In this document: positions 19,084 to 28,172 of the stretch, one piece after another | How the letters are laid out: each line of letters opens with the position of its first letter | Position numbering within the stretch: the first letter of the stretch is position 1 | Source of the DNA: Alphaproteobacteria bacterium | GTDB taxonomy: Bacteria > Pseudomonadota > Alphaproteobacteria > Caulobacterales > Aquidulcibacteraceae | NCBI GenBank assembly: GCA_016124255.1 | Contig: WGOB01000012.1 | Coordinates: 54,682 to 118,681, forward strand | Reading direction: 5' to 3' | DNA: 64,000 nt | Position numbers and translations under genes: made by a program | The notes under the pieces: model-generated | Database searches by the model: none | What the model was told of the DNA's origin: nothing | Seen by the model: the letters and a program-made list of their open reading frames with translations, nothing else

Positions 19084-20265
19084 CTAAGCGCCTGAGAGGC
19101 GCAGTTCAACCTCGCGGCCTAGCCTGTCAAACATTTCGCGAACAGTCTCTCCGCCGTTCAGATAGGTCGGCGCCTCTCCAGCTTGGCTCGCAATAGCTGC
19201 CAGCCTCTGGATATAGGTGTCCGGCGGCAATAATTTGACGGGAGGCTCCATCAAATTGTTATCCTTCTGCACCCTCCCGAGCGCAGCTCTAATTGCCGCA
19301 ACGCCCTGTCGCTCGGCAACGGTCATCGGGGGATCGGCGTCTGGGTCGTCGTCCAGCCTCTTGCCGATGTTGTGGTTAGTCATCGATCCGACCACCCCCA
19401 ACAATTCAATGTGCGGACACACACCGCCGTTTCTAAGCTTGATCAATTCGTTCACAAATGTCGACACTGCGTCGCCTGACAGCTTATCGAGCACAGTGGG
19501 AATGAGCACATGCGTCGATGCGCAAAACGCCTGAACCGCGCCGATCGTCATGCGCGGCGGCGCATCGATGATGATCTTCGTGAACGCTGTCTGCACCTGT
19601 TGGCTCAACAGTATCTTTGCGAGGCGATATCGGACATCGCCGCCCTCCTCCCCCAAGAGCCAGCGAACCAGCACGCGGTTCTCGACCGCCGCGACATCGT
19701 AGTACGCTGTCAGCGCCTTTGCGCGAGACATGTCATTCACCGGCGCGAGGATGTCGAGGAATTCGCCCGGAGCCATGTCGGCGGCAAGCGTTCTTGCGGT
19801 TTTGCTCTGGCCCGCGAGCGGAAGCATGTGCTCGCGATGCACCAGCATCGATGACAGAGAGCCTTGAAAATCCAAGTCGATGAGGAGCAACCGCTCCTCT
19901 GAGCTTGTGTTGTGGAAGTGCGCCGCCAGGTTCGCTGCGATCGTCGTCTTGCCGACACCTCCCTTCAGATTAGCAATTGTAAGAATCGGAATGCTGTTTC
20001 GCATCCGCAGCATGTACTGCTCGGCGCTTTCGGGAAATTCGATCGGGTCGTCCAGCCAAACGCCCCGCGAATTTACGGCTTCCAGCGCTCGCTCGAGGCG
20101 CACTTCCGCCGACCAGGATCGTCGAAGTCGTGTCCCTGCACGCGAGAAGAATTCCCGGATTGGTCTGATTGCGATCGCCGCCAGGGTCAGAATCAGCGCC
20201 GCGACGACGCTAATTACAATCTCGTTTGACAGGGCTAGGGCGATCCTCTGGCCAACATCCCCCAT
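19084..20265 (-). CDS. Membrane-anchored ParA/MinD-class (deviant Walker A) P-loop ATPase
   Basis: N-terminal hydrophobic helix IVISVVAALILTLAAIAI, then ILTIANLKGGVGKTTIAANL (KGGxxGKT), LLLIDLDFQGSLS and IIIDAPPRM (Walker B). Confidence 0.8.
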   Translation of the reverse strand: MGDVGQRIALALSNEIVISVVAALILTLAAIAIRPIREFFSRAGTRLRRSWSAEVRLERALEAVNSRGVWLDDPIEFPESAEQYMLRMRNSIPILTIANLKGGVGKTTIAANLAAHFHNTSSEERLLLIDLDFQGSLSSMLVHREHMLPLAGQSKTARTLAADMAPGEFLDILAPVNDMSRAKALTAYYDVAAVENRVLVRWLLGEEGGDVRYRLAKILLSQQVQTAFTKIIIDAPPRMTIGAVQAFCASTHVLIPTVLDKLSGDAVSTFVNELIKLRNGGVCPHIELLGVVGSMTNHNIGKRLDDDPDADPPMTVAERQGVAAIRAALGRVQKDNNLMEPPVKLLPPDTYIQRLAAIASQAGEAPTYLNGGETVREMFDRLGREVELRLSGA

Positions 20266-20319
20266 CTGCGCCTCCCGCTTTACAGGAGAGTAAGCTTCAA
20301 CGGCGAGTTGCGAGTCAAA

Positions 20320-20394
20320 TGGAGCGGGTGATGAGATTCGAACTCACGACCCTCACGTTGGCAACGTGATGCTCTACCCCTGAGCTACACCCGC
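20320..20394 (-). tRNA. tRNA-Gly (anticodon GCC), CCA encoded
   Basis: The minus strand reads GCGGGTGTAGCTCAGGGGTAGAGCATCACGTTGCCAACGTGAGGGTCGTGAGTTCGAATCTCATCACCCGCTCCA. The cloverleaf arms pair, and the anticodon loop is TTGCCAA. Confidence 0.95.
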
Positions 20395-20666
20395 GTCCGA
20401 TGGGGTACCCGGCCGCGACGAGGCCGCCGTCCGGGAGGGCGCTCATATCGCGCAAGGCGACGCGCGGCGCAAGGGGGCGGCTTTTGTGGCGCGCCGGCGA
20501 TGTGAAGGAGTCCCCATCGTCGAGGCGCGCCGATTGGCGTGACCGGCGCTGCAGGGCGCGTTGATTGGCGTGCGGGCGGCTGGTTCAGGTTTGAGGCTCC
20601 CGCCCCACCCCGCGGGCTTTGCGCGACACCCTCCCCTCTCGGGGAGGGACGCGGGGCCGTGGTCCC

Positions 20667-21425
20667 CTATTCCCCGTCCTTCGCCCAGCGCGGCGGGTTC
20701 AGCCGGCGGCGGTTGACGTGGGTTCCGTCGGGGGCGGGGGCGCCGGAGGGGGTCTGGCCTTTGAAATAGTCCCGCTGCCAGCCCTGCTTGATGGTCTCGG
20801 GATCGCGGCCGCGCAGGTTCTCCAGGAACTTGGTGCGGCTTTCGCCCCAGCCTTCGTATTCCTTCATCAGTTCCGGCTCGCTCGCGAGCTTCTTGAAGAT
20901 CGGCTGGACATCGTCGATCGCGGCGTGCGGCACCGGCATGACAAAGCAGAACGGCTCGCCCTTCTTGAACGAGATCATGCCCGGCCGCGTGAACCGCCAG
21001 TTCATCGTGAACGGGAACGGCAGCCAGAACGTCTCGACCACGCCGATCAGGGGCTGGATGCCGTCCTTGATGGCGTTGGGCGGGCCGCCGACCCAGAGAT
21101 CCCAGCCCGGATCGGTGCGGAAGAGATAGCCGGTGTGGAAGGTGATCGTGCCGCCGGCGAAGTGGGAGACGCACCAGCGATCGAGCATCTCGGCGCTGGT
21201 GTCGCCGTCGGCGTCGATGCGGATGTCGCTCGCCAGCGGGCCGCCGTTCCAGCTGGCGGTGAACGAAACGGGCGACAGGAGCTCCCAGCCGGTGGTGTTC
21301 GCCACGACCAACGGCAGGCAGCGATAGGGGTGGCGGTTGGAGAATTCGTCCATCCAGCCGCGCTCGGGGCGGCCAGGGACCATCTCGGCGCCGCCGTCGT
21401 GGACGACGTAGCAGGTCAGTTTCAT
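20667..21425 (-). CDS. DUF6065-like conserved hypothetical protein
   Basis: 252-aa ORF. The family assignment rests on recalled similarity (HPYRCLPLVVANTTGWEL, FWLPFPFTMNW) and is not verified. Confidence 0.6.
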   Translation of the reverse strand: MKLTCYVVHDGGAEMVPGRPERGWMDEFSNRHPYRCLPLVVANTTGWELLSPVSFTASWNGGPLASDIRIDADGDTSAEMLDRWCVSHFAGGTITFHTGYLFRTDPGWDLWVGGPPNAIKDGIQPLIGVVETFWLPFPFTMNWRFTRPGMISFKKGEPFCFVMPVPHAAIDDVQPIFKKLASEPELMKEYEGWGESRTKFLENLRGRDPETIKQGWQRDYFKGQTPSGAPAPDGTHVNRRRLNPPRWAKDGE

Positions 21426-21475
21426 CGCCGCTCTCCTAGACGAGCCGCATCGGCTGCGCCAACAGCTTCCCCCAT

Positions 21476-21994
21476 ATGCCCGCCAGTGAAACCGCCCTCT
21501 TCGCCCTCCTCGATCGCCTCGGGATCGCGCATCGCACCGTGCGGCACAGGCCGGTGTTCACCGTCGACGAGGGCGGCGACATCAAGGCGCAGATGCCCGG
21601 CGGGCACACGAAGAACCTCTTTCTGAAAGACAAGAAGGGTCAGCTCGCGCTGATCTCGGCGCTGGCGGACACGAAGATCGATCTCAACGCGACCGCGAAG
21701 CTCATCGGCTTGGGCCGGCCGAGCTTCGGCTCGGCGGACCTCTTGATGGAGGCGCTGGGCGTGACGCCCGGCTCGGTCACGGCGTTCGCCAAGATGAACG
21801 ACGCCGAGGGCCATGTGCGCATGATCCTCGATGCGGCGCTGTTCGACCACGATCCCGTGAACTTCCATCCGCTGCGCAATGACGCCACCACCGCGATCAG
21901 CCCGGGGGACCTCAAGCGCTTCCTGGAGGCCGTCGGCGCCCCTCCCCTTTTGATCTCCTTCAATGCCGACGGGACGCCGCAATTGAAGGCTTGA
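21476..21994 (+). CDS. YbaK/ProX-family aminoacyl-tRNA editing (deacylase) protein
   Basis: 172-aa ORF with [14 protein letters not shown] and [11 protein letters not shown], as in ProX/YbaK trans-editing domains. Confidence 0.8.
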   Translation: MPASETALFALLDRLGIAHRTVRHRPVFTVDEGGDIKAQMPGGHTKNLFLKDKKGQLALISALADTKIDLNATAKLIGLGRPSFGSADLLMEALGVTPGSVTAFAKMNDAEGHVRMILDAALFDHDPVNFHPLRNDATTAISPGDLKRFLEAVGAPPLLISFNADGTPQLKA

Positions 21995-22047
21995 GGCCAA
22001 TGCGCCATCTAGGAGATGCATTCTCCGCCTCATCCGACAGAAAGCCC

Positions 22048-22950
22048 ATGACAGCCACCTATCTCGACGGCGCAGCGCCCGATCCCGTCAGCGCCGGCAC
22101 CGACGCCTCCTTCATGGCCGACGTGATCCAGGCCTCGCAGCAGCAGCCGGTGATCGTCGATTTCTGGGCGCCGTGGTGCGGGCCGTGCCGGCAGCTGACG
22201 CCGGCGCTGGAGAAGCACGTGCGCGCCGCCGGCGGCCGCGTGAAGATGGTCAAGATCAATATCGACGAGAACCCGCAATTCGCCGGGCGCATGGGCGTGC
22301 AATCAATTCCCGCCGTGTTCGCGTTCAGCGGCGGGCGCCCTGTCGACGGCTTCATGGGCGCGGTGCCGGACAGCCAGATCAAAACGTTCATCGACCGGCT
22401 GGCGGGCGGCGCCGGCGACCGCGGAGACGACGTCGCCGCGCACCTCGCCGAAGCGCAGGAGAGCCTGGCTCTCGGCGACCCCGCCGGCGCCGCGCAAAGC
22501 TATGAGATGGCGCTGCAGGTCGAGCCGGAGAACGTCAAGGCGCTGGCCGGCCTCGCGCGCGTCTACATGATGATGGGCGAGCGCGACCAGGCGCGCGAGA
22601 TCCTGGCGACTGTGCCGGAAGACAAGCGCAACGACGCCGACGTGCAGGGCGCGCTCGCGGCGCTGGAGCTCAGCCAAGACGGCGCAAGCGGCCCCTCCAG
22701 CGCGCTGCGCGCCAAAGTGCAGGCGGCGCCGCAGGATCACGCGATCCGTTTCGACCTCGCCGGCGCGCTCGCCGCGGAAGGCGACCTTGAAGGCGCCGTC
22801 GATGAATTGCTGGCGATCATCGAAGCCAAGCGCGACTGGAACGAAGATGCCGCGCGCAAGCAGCTGATCAAGATTTTCGACGCCGCCGGCCCGGCTTCCG
22901 AGATCGCCAAGCAAGGGCGCCGGCGGCTCTCCGCGATCCTGTTCTCCTGA
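22048..22950 (+). CDS. Thioredoxin-domain plus TPR co-chaperone (YbbN/CnoX-like)
   Basis: VIVDFWAPWCGPCRQLTP thioredoxin motif followed by TPR-like helices. Trimmed to the ATG at 22048. Confidence 0.85.
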   Translation: MTATYLDGAAPDPVSAGTDASFMADVIQASQQQPVIVDFWAPWCGPCRQLTPALEKHVRAAGGRVKMVKINIDENPQFAGRMGVQSIPAVFAFSGGRPVDGFMGAVPDSQIKTFIDRLAGGAGDRGDDVAAHLAEAQESLALGDPAGAAQSYEMALQVEPENVKALAGLARVYMMMGERDQAREILATVPEDKRNDADVQGALAALELSQDGASGPSSALRAKVQAAPQDHAIRFDLAGALAAEGDLEGAVDELLAIIEAKRDWNEDAARKQLIKIFDAAGPASEIAKQGRRRLSAILFS

Positions 22951-22962
22951 TCGCGAGGGACG

Positions 22963-23613
22963 ATGGCGATGTTCGGCTACCGCAAGATCGGCGATCTGCC
23001 GCGAACGATCCCGGTGTTTCCGCTCACCGGCGCGCTGTTGCTGCCGCACGACACGCTGCCGCTCAACATCTTCGAGCCGCGCTATCTCAACATGATCGAC
23101 GATGCGCTCGCGGGCGAACGCGTGATCGGCATGATCCAACCCGCCGAGCCCGATCCGGCGCAGCCGCCGCTCTCCGAGGTCGGCACCCTCGGCAAAATCA
23201 CCTCGTTCGCAGAGACCGAAGACGGGCGGTATCTGATCACGCTGTCCGGAATCTGCCGCTTCCGCGTCGCGGCTGAACTCGAAGCCGGCACGCCCTACCG
23301 GCAAATCAACGCCGTGTACGACGACTTCGCGGACGACATGCGCCGGCAGGCCGGGCCGTGGGCGATCGACAAGCCGCGGCTCACCGCGGCGCTCGAACGG
23401 TACGGGCGGCTGCGCGGCTTTGCCGTCGATTGGGAGGTTGTCGAGAAGGCCGCGCCGGAGGCGCTGGTCAACGCGGTGGCGACGCTGTGCCCGTTCGGGG
23501 CGGCGGCGAAGCAGCATCTGCTTGAGGCGTCCACCATCGAAGACCGCGCCGCGGCGCTGATCGCGCTCCTGGAGATCGAGTCCGATCCAGACGCGGAACG
23601 GCGCGTGCAATGA
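22963..23613 (+). CDS. LON N-terminal (substrate-binding) domain protein
   Basis: [30 protein letters not shown] is typical of the Lon-N/PUA-like domain. Confidence 0.85.
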   Translation: MAMFGYRKIGDLPRTIPVFPLTGALLLPHDTLPLNIFEPRYLNMIDDALAGERVIGMIQPAEPDPAQPPLSEVGTLGKITSFAETEDGRYLITLSGICRFRVAAELEAGTPYRQINAVYDDFADDMRRQAGPWAIDKPRLTAALERYGRLRGFAVDWEVVEKAAPEALVNAVATLCPFGAAAKQHLLEASTIEDRAAALIALLEIESDPDAERRVQ

Positions 23614-23792
23614 GCGATCTCGATCCGAAATTGCTGGAGGCGCTGGTCTGCCCGCAGACGCGCACGCCGCTGCGCTACGACCGTGAGAAGCAGGAGCTGG
23701 TCAGCGTCGCCGCGCGGCTCGCCTATCCCGTGCGCGACGGCGTTGCGATCCTGATCGCAGACGAAGCGCGCGAGCTGAGCGCGGACGAATGA
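23610..23792 (+). CDS. Trm112/UPF0434 family small protein
   Basis: 60-aa [17 protein letters not shown]...[17 protein letters not shown]. Confidence 0.85.
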   Translation: MSDLDPKLLEALVCPQTRTPLRYDREKQELVSVAARLAYPVRDGVAILIADEARELSADE

Positions 23793-23814
23793 AGCGCCGC
23801 GATGCCGCTCACAC

Positions 23815-23927
23815 GTTCCCCGGACGCCGTGCAACGGCGATCCGGGGCCCAGGGTCGGCATCGGCTGCAGGAGGAAGAGGACGCCTGAACGTTGGGCCCC
23901 GGCTCTCGCTGCGCTCGGCCGGGGAGC
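23815..23927. repeat. REP/MITE-like palindromic element, diverged copy (113 bp)
   Basis: GTTCCCCGGACGCCGTGCAACGGCGATCCGGGGCC...GGGCCCCGGCTCTCGCTGCGCTCGGCCGGGGAGC aligns with both halves of copy 1. Intergenic. Confidence 0.7.
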
Positions 23928-23934
23928 GTGTGCA

Positions 23935-24279
23935 ATGAACCCTCGGCCCTGGCCGACGGAGCTGACGTTCCGGCGTGACGCGAAGGCGCTGCGCGTCGTG
24001 TTTGACGATGGCGCGCGGTTTTCGATCCCGTTCGAGCTGCTGCGCGTGGAGAGTCCGTCGGCGGAAGTGCGCGGGCATGGCGGCGGGCCCCTGCCCGCGA
24101 TTGCGGGCAAAGAAAATGTCGGCGTAAAAGACGCGCTGCCGGTGGGGCGCTACGCCGTGCGCATCGTGTTCGACGACGGCCACGACACCGGCATCTTTCC
24201 GTGGGAGCTGCTTTACGAGCTCGGCGCGAACGTGGACGCGCGCATGGCCGCGCACCGCCAACGGATCGGACGCCACTGA
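23935..24279 (+). CDS. DUF971 (gamma-butyrobetaine hydroxylase-like N-terminal) protein
   Basis: 114-aa ORF with LRVESPSAEVRGH and YAVRIVFDDGHDTGIFPWELLYELG. Confidence 0.8.
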   Translation: MNPRPWPTELTFRRDAKALRVVFDDGARFSIPFELLRVESPSAEVRGHGGGPLPAIAGKENVGVKDALPVGRYAVRIVFDDGHDTGIFPWELLYELGANVDARMAAHRQRIGRH

Positions 24280-24288
24280 GGGGAATGC

Positions 24289-24927
24289 ATGAACGCTGTC
24301 GTGAAGGACCGCCGCTTCTGGGACAAGACCGCGAGGAAATACGCCGCGAGCCCGATATCGGACATGGAAGGCTATGAGCGGACGCTTGCGCGGACGCGGG
24401 AATTCTTGAAGCCGGACCACGCCGTCTTGGAGGTCGGCTGCGGGACGGGATCGACGGCGGTGAAGCTCGCGCCGTCCGTTGCGCGCTATCTGGGGACGGA
24501 CATTTCGCCCGAGATGATCGCGATTGCGCGGGAGAAGGCGCAGGCGGAAGGCGTGGGCACTCTCACGTTCGAGGCGACCGCGCTCGACGATGCGGCTTGG
24601 GCGGATGGTTCGTTCGACGTCGTACTTGGCTTCAACATTCTGCACTTGGTGCAGGATCGCGCCGCGGTGCTGGCGACGCTTCATCGTGTGCTCAAGCCGG
24701 GCGGGCTTCTCATCACCAAGACGCCGCTGCTCGGCGAGATGAACCCGATCTTCCGCGTCGCCGTGCCGGTGATGCAGGCCGTGGGCGCGGCGCCGAGCGT
24801 CACCTTCTTCAACGCCAAGACGCTCGCGCGCGAGACCGAAGCCGCGGGGTTCACGATGATGGCCGACGAACGCCACGGCTCGAAGAAGAAGGACGCTCGC
24901 GTGTTCCTTGTCGCGCAGCGCGCTTAA
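24289..24927 (+). CDS. Class I SAM-dependent methyltransferase
   Basis: VLEVGCGTGS motif I, and a LKPGGLLI post-I region. Confidence 0.85.
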   Translation: MNAVVKDRRFWDKTARKYAASPISDMEGYERTLARTREFLKPDHAVLEVGCGTGSTAVKLAPSVARYLGTDISPEMIAIAREKAQAEGVGTLTFEATALDDAAWADGSFDVVLGFNILHLVQDRAAVLATLHRVLKPGGLLITKTPLLGEMNPIFRVAVPVMQAVGAAPSVTFFNAKTLARETEAAGFTMMADERHGSKKKDARVFLVAQRA

Positions 24928-26204
24928 GCGCCCAGCGCCTCGCCCTTTAGCAGTTTCGGCAGATCGCCGGCGGCGCCGCCGGCGGTGCGCATGAAATAGC
25001 GGCGGGCGGGGCCGATGGCGTTCACCGCCGCCATGCCGAGATCGCGGGCGAGGCGCAGCGGCGGGATGTCGTTGGAGAAGAGCCGATCGAAGCCGTCGGT
25101 CGCCACCGCCATCGCGACATTATCGAAGCGGCGCCAGCGCTGATAGCGCTCGAGCGCTGAGGCGTCTCCCGCGTCGAGGCCGAGCGCGACGCTATCGGCC
25201 ACGCACTCGGCGAGCGCGGCGACATCCTTCAGGCCCATGTTGAGCCCCTGCCCTGCGATCGGGTGGATGCCGTGGGCGCTGTCGCCGGCGAGCGCTGCGC
25301 GCGGGGCGATCATCTTCTCCGCGAACTGCAGCGAGAGCGGGTAAGAGAAGCGCGGGCCTTCGAGCGACAGGGCGCCGAGGAAGTCGCCGAAGCGCAATGC
25401 GAGCTCGGCGAGGAAGTCCTCTTCGTCGAGCGCGAGGAGCGCGGCGGCCACGGCGTGCGGCTCGGCCCAGACGATGTTGGCGCGGTTTCCCTTCAAGGGC
25501 AGGATCGCGAACGGGCCGCTGGGCAGGAAGAATTCGTGCGCCACCGCATCGTGCGGCTTCTCGTGCTGCACGGTGGCGACGACGGCGGTGACCTTGTAGG
25601 GCCAGCCGATCGTCCGGATACGGAGCTGTTCGCGGACGAAGCTCTTGCGCCCGTCGGCGCCGATGATGAGAGACGCCGCGATCTCCTCGCCGCCCTCCAG
25701 CCGCACCGAAGCGCCGGCGGCGCCGCGCTCCAGGCCCGCCACGCGTGCTGGCGCAAAGCGCCGGATCGAGGGTCGGGCGGCCACCGCCGCCTCCAGCGCG
25801 CGGCGGAGGTGGCGGTTCTCCACCATGAAGCCCAGCGCGCCCTCCCCTGCCGCATCGCCGAGTTCGCCCTGATCGAAGAAGAGATGCAGGAGGCTGGGGC
25901 CGGCGCCGCGGCGATCGTTCAGCGGCCGCCCGTCGGTGACCATGATCTTCTTGATCGGCTGCACGTCCGGATCGAGAGCGTCCGCCACGCCCAGGGCGCG
26001 CCACATGCGGTAATTGGCGTAGGCGATGGCGAAGGCGCGGCCGTCGAAATGCGGGGCGAGCGCCGCCTGTGGGGGCGCCGCGTCGATCACAGCGGTCTCC
26101 ACGCCGGCCTGGTCCAGCGCCAGGGCGAGCGTCAGCCCCACCGGGCCGCCGCCGATGATCGCGGCGTCCACGCGGGCGTGATTCGGGGTCGACAGCGCGG
26201 CCAT
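24924..26204 (-). CDS. UbiH/UbiF/VisC/COQ6-family FAD-dependent ubiquinone hydroxylase
   Basis: Trimmed from ORF 24924..26699 to the ATG at 26204. Carries DAAIIGGGPVGLTLALAL (GxGxxG), GDSAHGIHPIAGQGLNMG. Confidence 0.88.
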   Translation of the reverse strand: MAALSTPNHARVDAAIIGGGPVGLTLALALDQAGVETAVIDAAPPQAALAPHFDGRAFAIAYANYRMWRALGVADALDPDVQPIKKIMVTDGRPLNDRRGAGPSLLHLFFDQGELGDAAGEGALGFMVENRHLRRALEAAVAARPSIRRFAPARVAGLERGAAGASVRLEGGEEIAASLIIGADGRKSFVREQLRIRTIGWPYKVTAVVATVQHEKPHDAVAHEFFLPSGPFAILPLKGNRANIVWAEPHAVAAALLALDEEDFLAELALRFGDFLGALSLEGPRFSYPLSLQFAEKMIAPRAALAGDSAHGIHPIAGQGLNMGLKDVAALAECVADSVALGLDAGDASALERYQRWRRFDNVAMAVATDGFDRLFSNDIPPLRLARDLGMAAVNAIGPARRYFMRTAGGAAGDLPKLLKGEALGA

Positions 26205-26442
26205 GCTCAACAATGCGCCGTCGGCGCGCCGGCGTCGATGCGGCGCGGCGCGCGCGGGTCCGTGCTCGGCGCCGGAGGGCGCCCAAAACAGGGGGGCCGG
26301 CGCCCAGCAAAGCGGCCATCGGTTAATCTGCAGCGAAGGCCGGGGCTCCTCTTCTTGCAGCGCAGCAAAGCGCCTCCGCCAATCGCGCGAGCCCGACAGA
26401 GGGGAGCCGCCGAAGGGATTCGGCGCAAACGGGAGAGGCCGG

Positions 26443-27894
26443 ATGAAGAGTTCTCGACACACGCTATGGACGCTGGTGCGAATCGGCGCGCTCGCAGCGA
26501 TCGCCGCGGTCGCGCTGCACCTCGCCGCGCCCGACATCGCGATCGCCCAAGATGCGCCCGTCGTCACGGAGGCGGCCCCTGATGCGGCGGCCGCAGAAGC
26601 CGCCGCGGCGGCGGAAGAGCCCGCGGCCGAACCGATCACCGAAAAAGGCGACGTCGCCTGGATGATGATGGCGACGATCCTGGTCGTCGCGATGATCATT
26701 CCGGGGCTGGCGCTGTTCTATGGCGGCCTCGTGCGCGCCAAGAACATGCTCTCGGTGCTGATGCAGGTGTCCACCTGCGCGATCATCGGGATGCTGTGCT
26801 GGGCGCTCTGGGGTTATGCGCTCGCGTTCGGCACCGGGTTCGAGGAGACGCCGCTGGCGCCGTTCCTCGGCGGGCTGACGCAGCTCTTCCTCGGCGGCGT
26901 GACGGTGGAAAGCACGGCGGCCACGTTTACCGACGGCGTCGTTCTGCCGGAGTTCCTGTTCATCGCGTTCCAGATGACGTTCGCAGCGATCACCGCCGCG
27001 CTCGTGCTGGGTTCGGTGGCGGAACGCATGAAGTTCTCCGCCGTGGTGGTGTTCTCAATCCTCTGGCCGCTGCTGTCGTACTATCCGATCGCGCACATGG
27101 TGTGGGCCGGCAACGGCCTGCTGTACGAGATGGGCGCGATCGATTTCGCCGGCGGCACGGTGGTGCACATCAACGCCGGCGTCGCCGGCCTCGTGGGCGG
27201 CATCATCCTCGGCCATCGTTCCGGCTACAAATCGGAGCCGTGGCCGCCGCACTCGCTGACCATGACCTATATCGGCGCGGCGCTCTTGTGGGTCGGCTGG
27301 TTCGGGTTCAATGCGGGCTCGAACCTGGAAGCGACGTCAGGCGCAGTGCTGCCGGTCATCAACACATTGCTGGCGACCGCGTCCGCCGGTTTCGCTTGGA
27401 TCCTCACGGAGTGGGTCACCAAGGGCAAGCCGAGCATGCTGGGTCTTGCGTCCGGCATCATCGCGGGCCTCGTCGCGATCACGCCGGCCTGCGGGACGAT
27501 CGGTCCGATGGGCGCGATCGTGCTCGGCGCCGTTGCAGCGCCGATCGCCGTGATCTTCTGCTCGGTGATCAAGAATGCGCTGAACTACGACGACAGCCTG
27601 GATGTCTTCGGCATCCACGGCGTGTGCGGGATCATCGGCGCCATCGGCACCGGCATCCTCACGGCGCCGGCGTTCGGCGGCCTGGGAACGGGCGCGGAAA
27701 CGCCCGAGGCGTACAGCATCGTCGGTCAAACGACGACGCAAGCAATCGCCGTGGGCGTGTCGTTCGCTTGGGCCGCGGTTGCAAGCATCGTCGTGTTCAT
27801 CGTGCTGAGGCTGATCGGGCTGCGCGCTTCGAAAGAAGCCGAAGAAGAAGGCCTCGACATCATCGAGCACGGCGAACGCGCCTATCACAGCTGA
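26443..27894 (+). CDS. amt: Ammonium transporter (Amt family) with N-terminal signal sequence
   Basis: Trimmed to the ATG at 26443. Carries DFAGGTVVHINAGVAGL and FGIHGVCGIIGAIGTGI signatures. No glnK upstream. Confidence 0.92.
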   Translation: MKSSRHTLWTLVRIGALAAIAAVALHLAAPDIAIAQDAPVVTEAAPDAAAAEAAAAAEEPAAEPITEKGDVAWMMMATILVVAMIIPGLALFYGGLVRAKNMLSVLMQVSTCAIIGMLCWALWGYALAFGTGFEETPLAPFLGGLTQLFLGGVTVESTAATFTDGVVLPEFLFIAFQMTFAAITAALVLGSVAERMKFSAVVVFSILWPLLSYYPIAHMVWAGNGLLYEMGAIDFAGGTVVHINAGVAGLVGGIILGHRSGYKSEPWPPHSLTMTYIGAALLWVGWFGFNAGSNLEATSGAVLPVINTLLATASAGFAWILTEWVTKGKPSMLGLASGIIAGLVAITPACGTIGPMGAIVLGAVAAPIAVIFCSVIKNALNYDDSLDVFGIHGVCGIIGAIGTGILTAPAFGGLGTGAETPEAYSIVGQTTTQAIAVGVSFAWAAVASIVVFIVLRLIGLRASKEAEEEGLDIIEHGERAYHS

Positions 27895-28172
27895 TGCGCG
27901 GGCGGCGCACGCGAGCGCCGTTTCGCAATGCAAGCTGAAACACACACTGCAACGGGCGCAGGCTTAACGAAGCTTGCGCCCGTTAGCATTTGTGCGCGGC
28001 GCAGTAAGGTTACCACGCGCGCTACCAAGTAGCGCTTTGCGCACAACAGCGGCGATTCATCGACAGTGTTCCGCAGAAACGCGGCGCTACCGCGCTTACC
28101 GTCAACGGCTTGGTAACCCCCGCGGCCCCAAGGATCGCGTCCGAAACGCCGCAAAGAAGGCGCACCAGCCCG

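Noticed and set aside
18430-20320. Classical integrative island at tRNA-Gly (integrase plus direct repeat of the tRNA 3' end)
   Set aside because: No integrase or recombinase ORF is present, and I found no repeat of the tRNA 3' segment near 18.4 kb. Only compositional and positional evidence for acquisition remains.
26344-26358. Possible sigma54 (-24/-12) promoter GGCTC-N-CTTGCA upstream of the ammonium transporter
   Set aside because: The GG-to-GC spacing is one nucleotide longer than the strict TGGCAC-N5-TTGC geometry, and I did not see NtrC-type enhancer sites. This is treated as chance.
24924-26699. Long 5' extensions in ORF-track entries (ubiH-like 591 aa, amt from 26203, parB to 47017, PLP enzyme from 14134, xthA from 32199, GDPD from 53070, coaE from 62863)
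   Set aside because: The extensions are low-complexity, overlap neighbouring genes, and precede obvious family N-termini or signal peptides. The starts were trimmed to internal ATG or GTG codons with better context.
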